Virus record (IMG/VR): IMGVR_UViG_3300047557_001530
Span: 107,369 to 171,368 of that record
Reading direction: 5' to 3' (one strand)
Origin: a virus
DNA: 64,000 nucleotides
Of this stretch, positions 1 to 8,960 are shown in pieces. The notes under the pieces were generated by a model, which made no database searches, was not told the origin of the DNA, and was given only the letters and a program-made list of their open reading frames with translations. Numbering within the stretch: the stretch's first letter is position 1; every line of letters starts with the position of its first letter. Made by a program: the position numbers and the translations under genes.

Positions 1-2073
1 ATTGATCCTGCTGTTGTTGGTGATGATACAGGTCTTGTCAGAATTAAAGGTAATCTTGAAGTTCTTGGTACAACCACAACTATTAACTCAACAGTAACTA
101 CAATTGCAGATCCTTTCCTTGAACTTCGTAGAGGTAATTCTTTAACCGCTGCGGATGGTGGTATTCAAGTTAATTTAACTACAGACGGTTCGGGAAATGT
201 TACTTCATCTCAAACTATTCAATGGAATAATTCTTCATTGAGATGGGAAACTACCGATGGTACTACTGCAAAACCAATCGTTAATACAGTAGATAGTTTT
301 ACATTTGCGAGTTCTATTTCTTTTGATGCAAACGTAACATTAGGCAATGCTGTATCTGATACGATTACTGTAAACTCACAGTTTGTAAATGGAACTCAAT
401 TTAGATCTTCGCAATCAAATGGCAACACACTTGCAATTGCTGCATATGATTTAGATGGAACTACTTATACTAATTTAATTACATTAACTGCATCTAATAC
501 TCCAACATTAACATTAGTTTCTACTGGTGTTGGTAGTATTGATAACATGAATATTGGTGCTACTACTAGAGGCACTGGTGCTTTTACAACATTAAGTGCC
601 AACAATACCGTTAGCTTGTCTCCTGTTAATAATAATGTAACTATTTCTCCTACAGGCACAGGAGTTTTGACGTTATCTTCTGGTGCTGTAGGAACTCTTG
701 ACAACGTAAACATTGGTACTACCACAAGAGGTACTGGTGCATTTACTACTCTTAGTGCTAATGGTAATGTAATTCTAGGTGATGCTTCTGCGGATACTGT
801 AACTATTAATGGAACAACAACCATCAATGCCCCACTAACATTTACAGGTGCTACATCACACTTAACATTAACTGGAGAATTACGTGGTCCAGCCACGTTT
901 ATTATTGACCCAGCAACTGTTGGTGATGACACTGGAATAGTTCAAATTAAAGGAAATCTTGAAGTTCTTGGAACTACTACAACAATTAATTCTACAATCA
1001 CTACTATTGCAGATCCAATTGTTGAACTTAGAAGAGGAAACTCTTTAACCGCTGCTGATGGTGGCATTCAAGTTAACTTAACAACAACTGGTGGCGGAGT
1101 AGTATCAACATATCAAAGAATTCAGTGGAACAATACAAACACTCGTTGGGAAACTACTGATGGCACTACTGTAAAACCAATCGTCAACACAGTAGATAGC
1201 TTTACTTTTGCTAATACAATTAATTTTAACTCTAATGTAACTATTGGAGATGCTGTTTCTGATGTTATTACTATCAATTCTCAATTTGCAAATGGTTCAG
1301 AATTAAGAACAGGAACTTCTAGTGGCAATAATTATTCTCTTGCAGCATATGACGTAGATGGTGCCGCTTATGCAGATTTAATTACCTTAACTGCATCTAA
1401 TACACCAACTGTTAATATTATTTCTACTGGTGTTGGTACTATCGATAATATGAATATAGGTGCTACCACAAGAGGAACTGGGGCATTTACAACTTTAGAT
1501 GCGAATAGTACAGTTGTATTATCTCCAGCAAATGCTAATGTAACTATTTCGCCATCAGGAACTGGAACTGTTACAATTTCTCCAGCGGGTGGATTGACAA
1601 TTGCTCCAGCTACATCACTATCTATCTCTCCTACAGTGGTGGGAACTATCAACAATGTAAACATTGGTGCCACTACTAGAGGTACTGGTGCATTTACAAC
1701 TTTAGATGCTAATGGTAATGTAACATTAGGAGATGCTTCTGGTGATGCTATTAATATTAATGGTACTACTTTAGTAAATGCCCCTATGTCATTTACTGGG
1801 GCTGCTTCGCATCTTACTTTAACTGGAGAACTTCGTGGTCCAGCTTCATTTATCATTGATCCAGCTACAGTAGGAGATGATACAGGAACTGTTACAATTA
1901 GGGGTAGTTTAACAGTTAATGGTGTTAATACTGCAGATAGACTAAAAAATACTGCTGCTCCTGCAACTGCATCGTCTACAGGAACTGCTGGCGACATTAG
2001 ATATGCTAGTGGATTCCTGTATGTTTGTGTTGCTACAAATACCTGGCAGAGAGTGGCGATTGCTACTTGGTAA
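1..2073 (+). CDS. 3' part of a repetitive tail-fiber-like virion protein (5'-truncated by the window)
   Basis: Frame is open from base 1 (IDPAVVGDDTG...). Gly/Thr-rich units of about 300 aa recur (IDPA-VGDDTG at 1, 904, 1855). The C-terminal APATASSTGTAGDIRY...YVCVATNTW motif is typical of cyanophage fibers. Confidence 0.75.
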   Translation: MDPAVVGDDTGLVRIKGNLEVLGTTTTINSTVTTIADPFLELRRGNSLTAADGGIQVNLTTDGSGNVTSSQTIQWNNSSLRWETTDGTTAKPIVNTVDSFTFASSISFDANVTLGNAVSDTITVNSQFVNGTQFRSSQSNGNTLAIAAYDLDGTTYTNLITLTASNTPTLTLVSTGVGSIDNMNIGATTRGTGAFTTLSANNTVSLSPVNNNVTISPTGTGVLTLSSGAVGTLDNVNIGTTTRGTGAFTTLSANGNVILGDASADTVTINGTTTINAPLTFTGATSHLTLTGELRGPATFIIDPATVGDDTGIVQIKGNLEVLGTTTTINSTITTIADPIVELRRGNSLTAADGGIQVNLTTTGGGVVSTYQRIQWNNTNTRWETTDGTTVKPIVNTVDSFTFANTINFNSNVTIGDAVSDVITINSQFANGSELRTGTSSGNNYSLAAYDVDGAAYADLITLTASNTPTVNIISTGVGTIDNMNIGATTRGTGAFTTLDANSTVVLSPANANVTISPSGTGTVTISPAGGLTIAPATSLSISPTVVGTINNVNIGATTRGTGAFTTLDANGNVTLGDASGDAININGTTLVNAPMSFTGAASHLTLTGELRGPASFIIDPATVGDDTGTVTIRGSLTVNGVNTADRLKNTAAPATASSTGTAGDIRYASGFLYVCVATNTWQRVAIATW

Positions 2074-2100
2074 CAAAAGGACAGTTGATCGACTGACCCC

Positions 2101-2134
2101 TTGACAGGGGAGGGAACCCGTGCTATTATAAATA
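2101..2134 (+). promoter_or_regulatory. sigma70-type promoter overlapping a T4 late promoter, upstream of psbA
   Basis: TTGACA(2101)-17-TATTAT(2124), plus TATAAATA at 2127-2134. Confidence 0.8.
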
Positions 2135-2193
2135 TTGTTAGGAAATGGAAACATTTCTTAACATACTTTTTAAACCTTACTGTCTTAATAACT

Positions 2194-3273
2194 ATGACTG
2201 CTACTCTCGCTCAAAAGCGTGAAAGCAACACTTGGGAACAGTTCTGTGAGTGGGTGACTTCTACCAACAATCGTCTTTACGTTGGTTGGTTTGGAACTCT
2301 AATGATTCCTACCCTGCTCGCTGCTACTATCTGTTTCATCGTTGCCTTCATTGCTGCACCTCCCGTTGACATCGACGGTATTCGTGAACCTGTTGCTGGT
2401 TCACTTCTTTATGGAAATAACATCATCTCTGGTGCTGTTGTTCCTTCTAGCAATGCTATCGGACTTCACTTCTATCCTATTTGGGAAGCTGCTTCTCTCG
2501 ATGAGTGGCTATATAATGGTGGACCATTTCAACTGGTCGTCTTCCACTTTCTGATTGGTATCTATGCCTACATGGGTCGTGAATGGGAACTATCTTACCG
2601 ACTGGGTATGCGTCCTTGGATTTGTGTTGCCTACTCTGCACCCGTTGCTGCTGCTTCTGCAGTGTTCCTGGTCTATCCCTTTGGTCAAGGATCCTTCAGT
2701 GACGCAATGCCTCTTGGGATTTCGGGAACTTTCAACTACATGCTTGTTTTCCAGGCAGAACACAACATTCTTATGCATCCTTTCCACATGTTGGGAGTTG
2801 CTGGTGTCTTCGGTGGTTCTCTTTTCTCTGCTATGCACGGATCTCTTGTCACCTCTTCTCTCGTCCGTGAGACGACAGAAACTGAGTCTCAAAACTATGG
2901 ATATAAGTTTGGACAAGAAGAAGAAACCTATAACATCGTTGCCGCCCACGGTTACTTTGGAAGACTCATCTTCCAATATGCCTCATTCAATAACAGTCGT
3001 AGTCTACACTTTTTCCTTGCTGCTTGGCCTGTTGTTGGCATTTGGTTTGCTGCTCTGGGTGTTAGCACTATGGCATTCAACCTGAACGGCTTTAACTTCA
3101 ATCAGTCACTGGTTGATTCTCAGAATCGTGTGATTAACACTTGGGCCGATGTGCTTAACCGTGCCAACCTTGGCTTTGAGGTAATGCATGAGCGTAATGC
3201 TCACAACTTCCCTCTAGACCTTGCTGCTGCAAATACAACCCCTGTTGCACTCACTGCACCAGCTATCGGTTGA
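2194..3273 (+). CDS. psbA: Photosystem II D1 protein
   Basis: 359 aa with [24 protein letters not shown] and [14 protein letters not shown]. Start moved to ATG 2194. No intron. Confidence 0.99.
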   Translation: MTATLAQKRESNTWEQFCEWVTSTNNRLYVGWFGTLMIPTLLAATICFIVAFIAAPPVDIDGIREPVAGSLLYGNNIISGAVVPSSNAIGLHFYPIWEAASLDEWLYNGGPFQLVVFHFLIGIYAYMGREWELSYRLGMRPWICVAYSAPVAAASAVFLVYPFGQGSFSDAMPLGISGTFNYMLVFQAEHNILMHPFHMLGVAGVFGGSLFSAMHGSLVTSSLVRETTETESQNYGYKFGQEEETYNIVAAHGYFGRLIFQYASFNNSRSLHFFLAAWPVVGIWFAALGVSTMAFNLNGFNFNQSLVDSQNRVINTWADVLNRANLGFEVMHERNAHNFPLDLAAANTTPVALTAPAIG

Positions 3274-3294
3274 CATGCCTTCTAGACGGTTTCA

Positions 3295-3319
3295 GGAGCC
3301 CTTAGGGGCTCCTTTTTTT
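3295..3319 (+). terminator. Intrinsic terminator after psbA
   Basis: GGAGCCC-TTAG-GGGCTCC followed by a T run. Confidence 0.9.
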
Positions 3320-3373
3320 ATGGGGTCAGCAGCTCAAGATACAATAAAAATTGTTTTGTAATCAAATTAACAC

Positions 3374-3402
3374 TTGACAAATCGCTAGGAATGCCCTACA
3401 AT
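3374..3402 (+). promoter_or_regulatory. sigma70-type early promoter
   Basis: TTGACA-17-TACAAT. Confidence 0.8.
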
Positions 3403-3425
3403 ACAGGAGTGAATTTTTATTAAAC

Positions 3426-4103
3426 ATGACAAAGTATAACGTGTGGATTAGTTGTGGGGAAAGTTCGTGGCACCGCACATATTTTAATGAGTTAGGTGCA
3501 GTTGAGTTAACTCCTGAACAAATTGAAAAGTATTTTACTTTTAGTGAGGATGGCGAAATTGATTTTGATCCTGATGTGTTAGCAGAAGCATCTGATAAAG
3601 ATTGGGATGATGAAGACAGAGATTTTCCTACTTGGGATACAATTACTGATGGTTGTATTTGCTGGGGTCCTGATGTAGACGATCAAAACATCGGTGTATG
3701 TTTAGCTGATGATGAAAGTGATGAAGAAAAGCAAATATGGGTTAAACCACTTTCCGCATTAACTTTCTATACCAGAGAAGAGATTGAAGAGAAAATGCCA
3801 GAAGAAAATGAAGAAACTGGAGCTATTTGTAGAATAAATTATGAACTCTGTGGTAAAGAAGGCGTTTGGATTCTTTATAATTCTTATGAGAGGGGTGGTT
3901 ATATTGGAGAATTTGAATTGCCAGATGATGTTGAATTTGATCCGTCAAAATTAGTTGTAAATATAGAAGAAGTTGCAGAAACTTGGACTATTGTAACTGG
4001 CATCGAATATGCTGGAGAAGACATTTATTGTGATGGAGATACAACTGGAAAAGGAATTGATTGGCATGTTTATTACAAAGACAATCTTTATAGTTTTAAA
4101 TAA
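3426..4103 (+). CDS. Acidic hypothetical protein
   Basis: 225-aa ORF with its own promoter and an upstream GGAG. No recognised motif. Confidence 0.75.
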   Translation: MTKYNVWISCGESSWHRTYFNELGAVELTPEQIEKYFTFSEDGEIDFDPDVLAEASDKDWDDEDRDFPTWDTITDGCICWGPDVDDQNIGVCLADDESDEEKQIWVKPLSALTFYTREEIEEKMPEENEETGAICRINYELCGKEGVWILYNSYERGGYIGEFELPDDVEFDPSKLVVNIEEVAETWTIVTGIEYAGEDIYCDGDTTGKGIDWHVYYKDNLYSFK

Positions 4104-4108
4104 TTAAT

Positions 4109-4369
4109 ATGAATATTAAAATTTACACAGTTAACGGTTGCGTTTATTGCGAAAAAATTAAAGAACTTATGAGGAGAGCCGATGTAGAATATAATACTAT
4201 TCTTGTTGGTAAAGATATTTCAAGAAATGAATTTAAAATGAAATATCCTTTTGCTTCTGGGTTTCCTTATACTATTATTGATGAAGAACCAGTTGGAGGT
4301 TTAGTAGAAACAGTAAAACTTTTTGTAGAAAAAGGTTTAGTATCATCAAAGAAAAATGCCGAACAATGA
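4109..4369 (+). CDS. nrdC: Glutaredoxin (T4 NrdC-like)
   Basis: IYT..GCVYC active site, FP cis-Pro loop, VGG motif. Confidence 0.9.
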   Translation: MNIKIYTVNGCVYCEKIKELMRRADVEYNTILVGKDISRNEFKMKYPFASGFPYTIIDEEPVGGLVETVKLFVEKGLVSSKKNAEQ

Positions 4370-4520
4370 TCAAACGCCCATAAATAAAGGTGTGGAGCTA
4401 ATGCTCAGGAGGGTTGCTAAAGAACCTAAAACATTTGGTTTAAAATTATTCAAACAATTTTCCCTCCGAAAAAAACAATTCTTTTTTAGATTTGAATTTA
4501 CGTGGAGGGACTTAAACTAA
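4356..4520 (+). CDS. Small cyanophage hypothetical protein (54 aa, not in the ORF track)
   Basis: MPNNDQTPINKGVELMLRR...; fills the gap between neighbouring genes. Confidence 0.65.
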   Translation: MPNNDQTPINKGVELMLRRVAKEPKTFGLKLFKQFSLRKKQFFFRFEFTWRDLN

Positions 4521-4543
4521 CCAAGTCACTCGGAGAATTAAAA

Positions 4544-4780
4544 ATGGAATCGCCTACAATCCTCTTTTTTATGGGCTGTTTTGTAGTTCTGTTTCTTATA
4601 GTTGGAATTATAGCTGGTTGGTTTATCAACGATATTGTTTATAATTTCTATAACAAAAATAATTCTCTTCAGCTTCATCCAGAAATGTATGATGACCAAG
4701 GAATTGTTATTAACGAAGAGCTACTCGCTGTAACCTTTATTGACGAAGAAGAGGAAGAAGAAGAGGATGATTATTATTGA
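4544..4780 (+). CDS. Small membrane protein with acidic tail
   Basis: GGAG RBS, N-terminal TM helix, HPEMYD motif common in cyanomyoviruses. Confidence 0.75.
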   Translation: MESPTILFFMGCFVVLFLIVGIIAGWFINDIVYNFYNKNNSLQLHPEMYDDQGIVINEELLAVTFIDEEEEEEEDDYY

Positions 4781-5630
4781 CATGAATCAGGTTATGATTA
4801 GTAACCTGATGGCACAACTTAAAAAAGATGAACTAAATGAAAACTTAGTTCGTCATATGGTTCTCAAAAGTTTAGTTGCTTATGAGAGACAATACAAAGA
4901 AGAATATGGTGAAGTTGTTTTAGCTTACGATAGTAAACATTACTGGCGTAAAGACTTCTTTCCCTACTACAAATACAATAGAAAAAAAGATCGTAAGAGT
5001 TCTGGATTAGATTGGCATTCAATCTTTGATGTTCTGAATAAAATTCGTGATGAAATTAAAGAATACTTTCCATACCGAGTAATGGAAGTATTGGGTGCAG
5101 AAGCTGATGATGTTATCTCTGTACTGTGCAGACACAAGAAACCGAAAGAGAAGATTCTAATTCTTTCTGGAGATAAAGATTTCATTCAACTACATAAGTA
5201 TCCTGGGGTATATCAATACAATCCCATCATGAAAAGTTATATCATTTCAGACAATCCATATGCTTTTATAAAAGAACATATCATTAAGGGAGATAAATCA
5301 GATGGTATCCCCAACTTTCTTTCTGATGATGATACTTTTGTCGCAGAAAAAAGACAAAAACCAATCAGTCAAAAGAAATTGAATGTATGGGTAGACCAAG
5401 ACCCAGCCATGTTCTGTAAAACTAAATCAGAAATTGATAATTACTATCGTAATAGAACACTTATTGATTTAGATTATGTTCCAGAAGATTTAGAACAAAA
5501 AATTCTGGTTGAATTTAATGAGCTAAATACAATTGACAAACAAATTCCTTTAGAATACTTTCAGAAAAATCAACTTAATGATCTGATAGAAGTATTCTAT
5601 TTTCGTAGTTCATCGCCATTTAAGAAATGA
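4767..5630 (+). CDS. rnh: T4-like RNase H / 5'-3' exonuclease
   Basis: IIDMNQ, EADD, SGDKDFIQL and GDKSDGIPN motifs. Confidence 0.93.
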   Translation: MIIIDMNQVMISNLMAQLKKDELNENLVRHMVLKSLVAYERQYKEEYGEVVLAYDSKHYWRKDFFPYYKYNRKKDRKSSGLDWHSIFDVLNKIRDEIKEYFPYRVMEVLGAEADDVISVLCRHKKPKEKILILSGDKDFIQLHKYPGVYQYNPIMKSYIISDNPYAFIKEHIIKGDKSDGIPNFLSDDDTFVAEKRQKPISQKKLNVWVDQDPAMFCKTKSEIDNYYRNRTLIDLDYVPEDLEQKILVEFNELNTIDKQIPLEYFQKNQLNDLIEVFYFRSSSPFKK

Positions 5631-6061
5631 GACTGTTAATTTCCGAAGTGCTCCAGAAAGTGAGCAATGCTAAGACCAAAGCAGAAAAGATTAAAATTCT
5701 TCATGAACATAATACTCCCGCTCTACGTTCTCTTCTCATCGCCAACTTCGATGAGAGCGTAGTTTCTATGCTTCCTGAAGGTGAAGTTCCATTCACACCA
5801 AATGATGCTCCAAAAGGAACAGAGCATACTGTTCTTGAACATGAGTACCGCAAACTTTATCTATTCTTTAAAGGTGGAACTTCTTCCATCAATCAAACCA
5901 CCAGAGAAAATCTTTTCATTCAACTTCTAGAAGGGCTACAAGAAGAAGAAGCCAACCTACTAGTACTTGTAAAAGATAAATCTCTAGGCAGAAAATATAA
6001 AATTACTCGTGCTTGTGTAGAAGAAGCATTCCCCCAAATTAAATGGGGAGGACGTAGTTAA
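5627..6061 (+). CDS. Conserved T4-like cyanophage hypothetical protein
   Basis: 144 aa, LPEGEVPF...RENLFIQLLEGL; ATGA-coupled to rnh. Confidence 0.8.
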   Translation: MRLLISEVLQKVSNAKTKAEKIKILHEHNTPALRSLLIANFDESVVSMLPEGEVPFTPNDAPKGTEHTVLEHEYRKLYLFFKGGTSSINQTTRENLFIQLLEGLQEEEANLLVLVKDKSLGRKYKITRACVEEAFPQIKWGGRS

Positions 6062-6315
6062 TGGTTATTCTTCATCAAAACTGTGAACCCGAACTAGCAA
6101 ATGATAGGTCTCTTCCCTATACTGCTTACCTCGTACATTATGAACTTGATGGAGCATTATGTTATGATCTAGTGATTCCTAGAAATAAAGTAGAAATATT
6201 TGATTACTATTGGGATCGATATAGAGAAGGTTTGAAATGGTTTAAACAATCCGAAGGGAGAGTAAATCCCAAACTCTGGGGAATAAAAAATAAAGAAGAA
6301 AAAAAGAAAAGATAA
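6061..6315 (+). CDS. Hypothetical protein
   Basis: 84-aa ORF in a tightly packed operon. Confidence 0.75.
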   Translation: MVILHQNCEPELANDRSLPYTAYLVHYELDGALCYDLVIPRNKVEIFDYYWDRYREGLKWFKQSEGRVNPKLWGIKNKEEKKKR

Positions 6316-6642
6316 ATGGGAAAGCATTATTTACTAAACCTTTACGGGTGCTCGTTGTCTCTTTTAGACAACGAGTTTTTTCTCTGTGATTTACTAGAGA
6401 ATGCTGCTGAAGCATGTGGTGCTCATGTGTTGCAAACAATGTCACATCAATTTGAACCCCAAGGCGTAACAGCAATTTGTTTACTTTCTGAAAGTCATAT
6501 CAGCATTCATACTTGGCCAGAAAAAGGAGAAGCTGCAGTAGATGTATTTACCTGCGGAGAATCTGAACCCAAGATTGCCTGCGATATTATTATTCAGCAA
6601 CTCATTGCTAAAGATTATACTTTAGATTTTATAGAAAGGTAA
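6316..6642 (+). CDS. speD: S-adenosylmethionine decarboxylase proenzyme (pyruvoyl-dependent)
   Basis: HQFEPQGVT, LSESHISIHTWPE (E-S self-cleavage site), DVFTCG. Confidence 0.92.
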   Translation: MGKHYLLNLYGCSLSLLDNEFFLCDLLENAAEACGAHVLQTMSHQFEPQGVTAICLLSESHISIHTWPEKGEAAVDVFTCGESEPKIACDIIIQQLIAKDYTLDFIER

Positions 6643-6676
6643 CAAATGTTACCGAATTATTCAAATATATAAAATA

Positions 6677-6717
6677 CGTTCATCCCTCTGGGACGGAAGT
6701 AAGCCGACTCGGAACGC
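6677..6717 (+). ncRNA. Glutamine riboswitch (glnA-motif-like) aptamer 1
   Basis: CGTTC-A-TCCC/GGGA-CGGAAGTA-AG(CCGA)CT-C-GGAACG three-way junction resembling the glnA RNA consensus. Confidence 0.75.
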
Positions 6718-6786
6718 ATCGTTCATTTACAAAATTCTACACAAAGTATCGAATTTTGTAAACGGAAAAGCCGACTGAAGGAACGC
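6718..6786 (+). ncRNA. Glutamine riboswitch (glnA-motif-like) aptamer 2
   Basis: ATCGTTCA-long P2 (TTTACAAAATTC/GAATTTTGTAAA)-CGGAAA-AG(CCGA)CT-GAAGGAACGC. Confidence 0.75.
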
Positions 6787-6816
6787 TCTTTAACATAACA
6801 CTTAAGGAGAACCCTA

Positions 6817-6975
6817 ATGTCACAAGCAACCTACAGAGGTTGTCAGTACAACACTGACGTACCTAAGCAAGAATATCAGCGTTGGTATTCGCAAACTCAC
6901 GCACCAGCACATCCACAGAATACATATCGTGGTGTTGCCTACCGTCCTTGCAACAACCAGGAGGTAGCAAAATGA
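6817..6975 (+). CDS. DUF4278-like small protein (52 aa, not in the ORF track)
   Basis: AAGGAGA RBS; MSQATYRGCQY...TYRGVAYRP contains two TYRGxxY motifs. Confidence 0.8.
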   Translation: MSQATYRGCQYNTDVPKQEYQRWYSQTHAPAHPQNTYRGVAYRPCNNQEVAK

Positions 6976-7055
6976 ACTGGCTAAATGTGATTCGCAAACA
7001 AATATTAAAACAAAATAAACTTAAACAAGCACAACTTGCAATGGCAATGAAATAA
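6972..7055 (+). CDS. 27-aa basic helical peptide
   Basis: GGAGG RBS and ATGA coupling; MNWLNVIRKQILKQNKLKQAQLAMAMK. Confidence 0.6.
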   Translation: MNWLNVIRKQILKQNKLKQAQLAMAMK

Positions 7056-7061
7056 TTTACT

Positions 7062-7096
7062 GAGGGGTTGACACCCCTCTTTTTTTGTGTTATGAT
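7062..7096 (+). terminator. Terminator hairpin with an embedded sigma70 promoter
   Basis: GAGGGG-TTGACA-CCCCTC plus T run; TTGACA(7068)-17-TATGAT(7091). Confidence 0.8.
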
Positions 7097-7119
7097 ACAG
7101 ACAAATCTGCTTTGATACT

Positions 7120-7422
7120 ATGGCATCATTAAAGCGGGCTACCAAGATGCTTACTAAAGCATTAGATAACCCAAATTATTCTTACGACCAATATGTTGAA
7201 ATTCTCAAGCGTCGTCATGAAATTAAGAAACTACGTAAAAACCTACAAGACTATGAGCGAGCAACCCGTGGATTTGGATACACAATTGATCCAGCGATCT
7301 TTGAACAATCAATCGGTGAAACTAGTGACAGTGACACCGAATGCGGAAGAGACGATGGCGTATGTAGCGAGAGTCAGCAATCCGAACAACCAGGACAACC
7401 CGAAGATCTCGGGGCTGCTTAA
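7120..7422 (+). CDS. Hypothetical protein overlapping thyX
   Basis: First ATG after the promoter; basic helical N-terminal half. Confidence 0.6.
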   Translation: MASLKRATKMLTKALDNPNYSYDQYVEILKRRHEIKKLRKNLQDYERATRGFGYTIDPAIFEQSIGETSDSDTECGRDDGVCSESQQSEQPGQPEDLGAA

Positions 7423-7945
7423 GTATTGTATTCAGCATGAACATTGGTCTGTATTTGAACAAGCATACATGACCCTAGAGATCAATACTACTCGGGGTCT
7501 GGCGGCACAAATACTACGACATAGATCCTTCACATTCCAGGAATTTTCTCAGCGATATGCTGATACCAATCTTCTGACAGAAGAGATTCCTGTTCCTGAT
7601 CTTCGACGGCAGGATACAAAAAATCGTCAGAATTCTATTGATGATCTTGATCCTGAATTAGTAATTGCATTCCAGCGTCGTACTAAGATGTTGTTTGCCG
7701 AGGCACAAGAACTATACACAGACATGCTTGGTGCTGGAGTTGCTAAAGAGTGTGCTCGGTTTGTACTTCCACTTGCTGTTCCCACAAGAATTTACATGAC
7801 AGGATCTGTACGTTCGTGGGTACACTATATAGAATTGAGGTCCGCTAACGGTACTCAAAAAGAGCATATGGAAATTGCTCAAATGTGTAAAGAAATTTTC
7901 GCTACACAATTCCCAACTGTCGCTGAAGCTTTGGAGTGGATCTGA
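7253..7945 (+). CDS. thyX: Flavin-dependent thymidylate synthase (start uncertain: ATG 7253 or GTG 7316)
   Basis: RHRSFTFQEFSQRY ThyX motif; HWSVFEQ; AKECARFVLP. Confidence 0.95.
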   Translation: MSEQPVDLDTQLIQRSLNNQSVKLVTVTPNAEETMAYVARVSNPNNQDNPKISGLLKYCIQHEHWSVFEQAYMTLEINTTRGLAAQILRHRSFTFQEFSQRYADTNLLTEEIPVPDLRRQDTKNRQNSIDDLDPELVIAFQRRTKMLFAEAQELYTDMLGAGVAKECARFVLPLAVPTRIYMTGSVRSWVHYIELRSANGTQKEHMEIAQMCKEIFATQFPTVAEALEWI

Positions 7946-8187
7946 TGCCTACTTATCCTGTAATTCATAAAGAAACTGGAGAGAAACAAGAACTCTACAT
8001 GTCTATGGTAGAGTATGATCAGTGGAAAAAAGACAATCCCGATTGGGATAAAGATTGGTCTGCTGGTGTCGCTGGTGTCGGAGAAGTCGGAGACTGGAAA
8101 GACAAGATGAGCAAAACTCACCCAGGTTGGGCTGATATTATGAAGAACAAGGTGGCTAAAGCCCCTGGTTCTCGTGTTCAATGGTAA
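7945..8187 (+). CDS. Conserved hypothetical protein
   Basis: MPTYPVIHKETGE..., typically found between thyX and phoH. Confidence 0.75.
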   Translation: MPTYPVIHKETGEKQELYMSMVEYDQWKKDNPDWDKDWSAGVAGVGEVGDWKDKMSKTHPGWADIMKNKVAKAPGSRVQW

Positions 8188-8207
8188 ACTAATCACTATA
8201 AACAACT

Positions 8208-8960
8208 ATGCCAAGAGCAAGAAAAAGAAATACTCCAGACCTTAATGGTATGAGTGCTAAGCAAATGAGAAGAAAGAAGCCAATCAATTCTGATTATCTT
8301 CTTGAGATCGAACCTCTCACAGAAAATCAAACTAAAATGTTTGAAGAGTATGGAACAGGTCAAAACATCTTTGCTTACGGTTGTGCTGGAACAGGCAAAA
8401 CATTCGTTGCCCTTTACCTTGCTCTTCGTGATGTTCTAGATGAAAAATCACCTTACGAAAAAATTTATATCGTTCGCTCTCTAGTTGCAACTAGAGAAAT
8501 TGGTTTCCTTCCTGGTACGCACGAAGACAAGTCATCACTTTATCAAATTCCCTATAAGAATATGGTGAAGTATATGTTTGAGATGCCAGACGATCCTTCG
8601 TTTGATATGTTGTATGACAATCTCAAACAGCAGGAAACAATCAGTTTCTGGAGCACTTCTTTCCTTCGTGGTTCTACTCTAGACAATTCAATTATTATTG
8701 TTGATGAATGTCAGAACCTTAACTTCCACGAACTTGATTCAATCATGACTCGTGTAGGACAAGATAGTAAGATTATGTTCTGTGGTGATGCTAGTCAGTC
8801 AGACTTGCAACGTACCAACGAGCGTACTGGTATCATTGATTTCCAACGCATTCTTCAGAACATGGAAGAGTTTTCTCTTATCGAATTCGGTATTGAAGAC
8901 ATCGTTCGTTCTGGTCTTGTGAAGTCTTATCTCATCGCTAAAATTAATTTGGGAATGTAA
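8208..8960 (+). CDS. phoH: PhoH-like ATPase
   Basis: GCAGTGKT, REIGFLPG, LRGSTL, IVDECQN, GDASQSD. Confidence 0.95.
   Translation: MPRARKRNTPDLNGMSAKQMRRKKPINSDYLLEIEPLTENQTKMFEEYGTGQNIFAYGCAGTGKTFVALYLALRDVLDEKSPYEKIYIVRSLVATREIGFLPGTHEDKSSLYQIPYKNMVKYMFEMPDDPSFDMLYDNLKQQETISFWSTSFLRGSTLDNSIIIVDECQNLNFHELDSIMTRVGQDSKIMFCGDASQSDLQRTNERTGIIDFQRILQNMEEFSLIEFGIEDIVRSGLVKSYLIAKINLGM

Noticed and set aside
465-1997. Minus-strand ORFs of 155 and 209 aa
   Set aside because: They are antisense shadows of the repetitive fiber gene, with no RBS or motif support.
2342-3085. Alternative-frame and antisense ORFs within psbA
   Set aside because: They are by-products of biased codon usage. psbA is continuous, with no intron or homing endonuclease.
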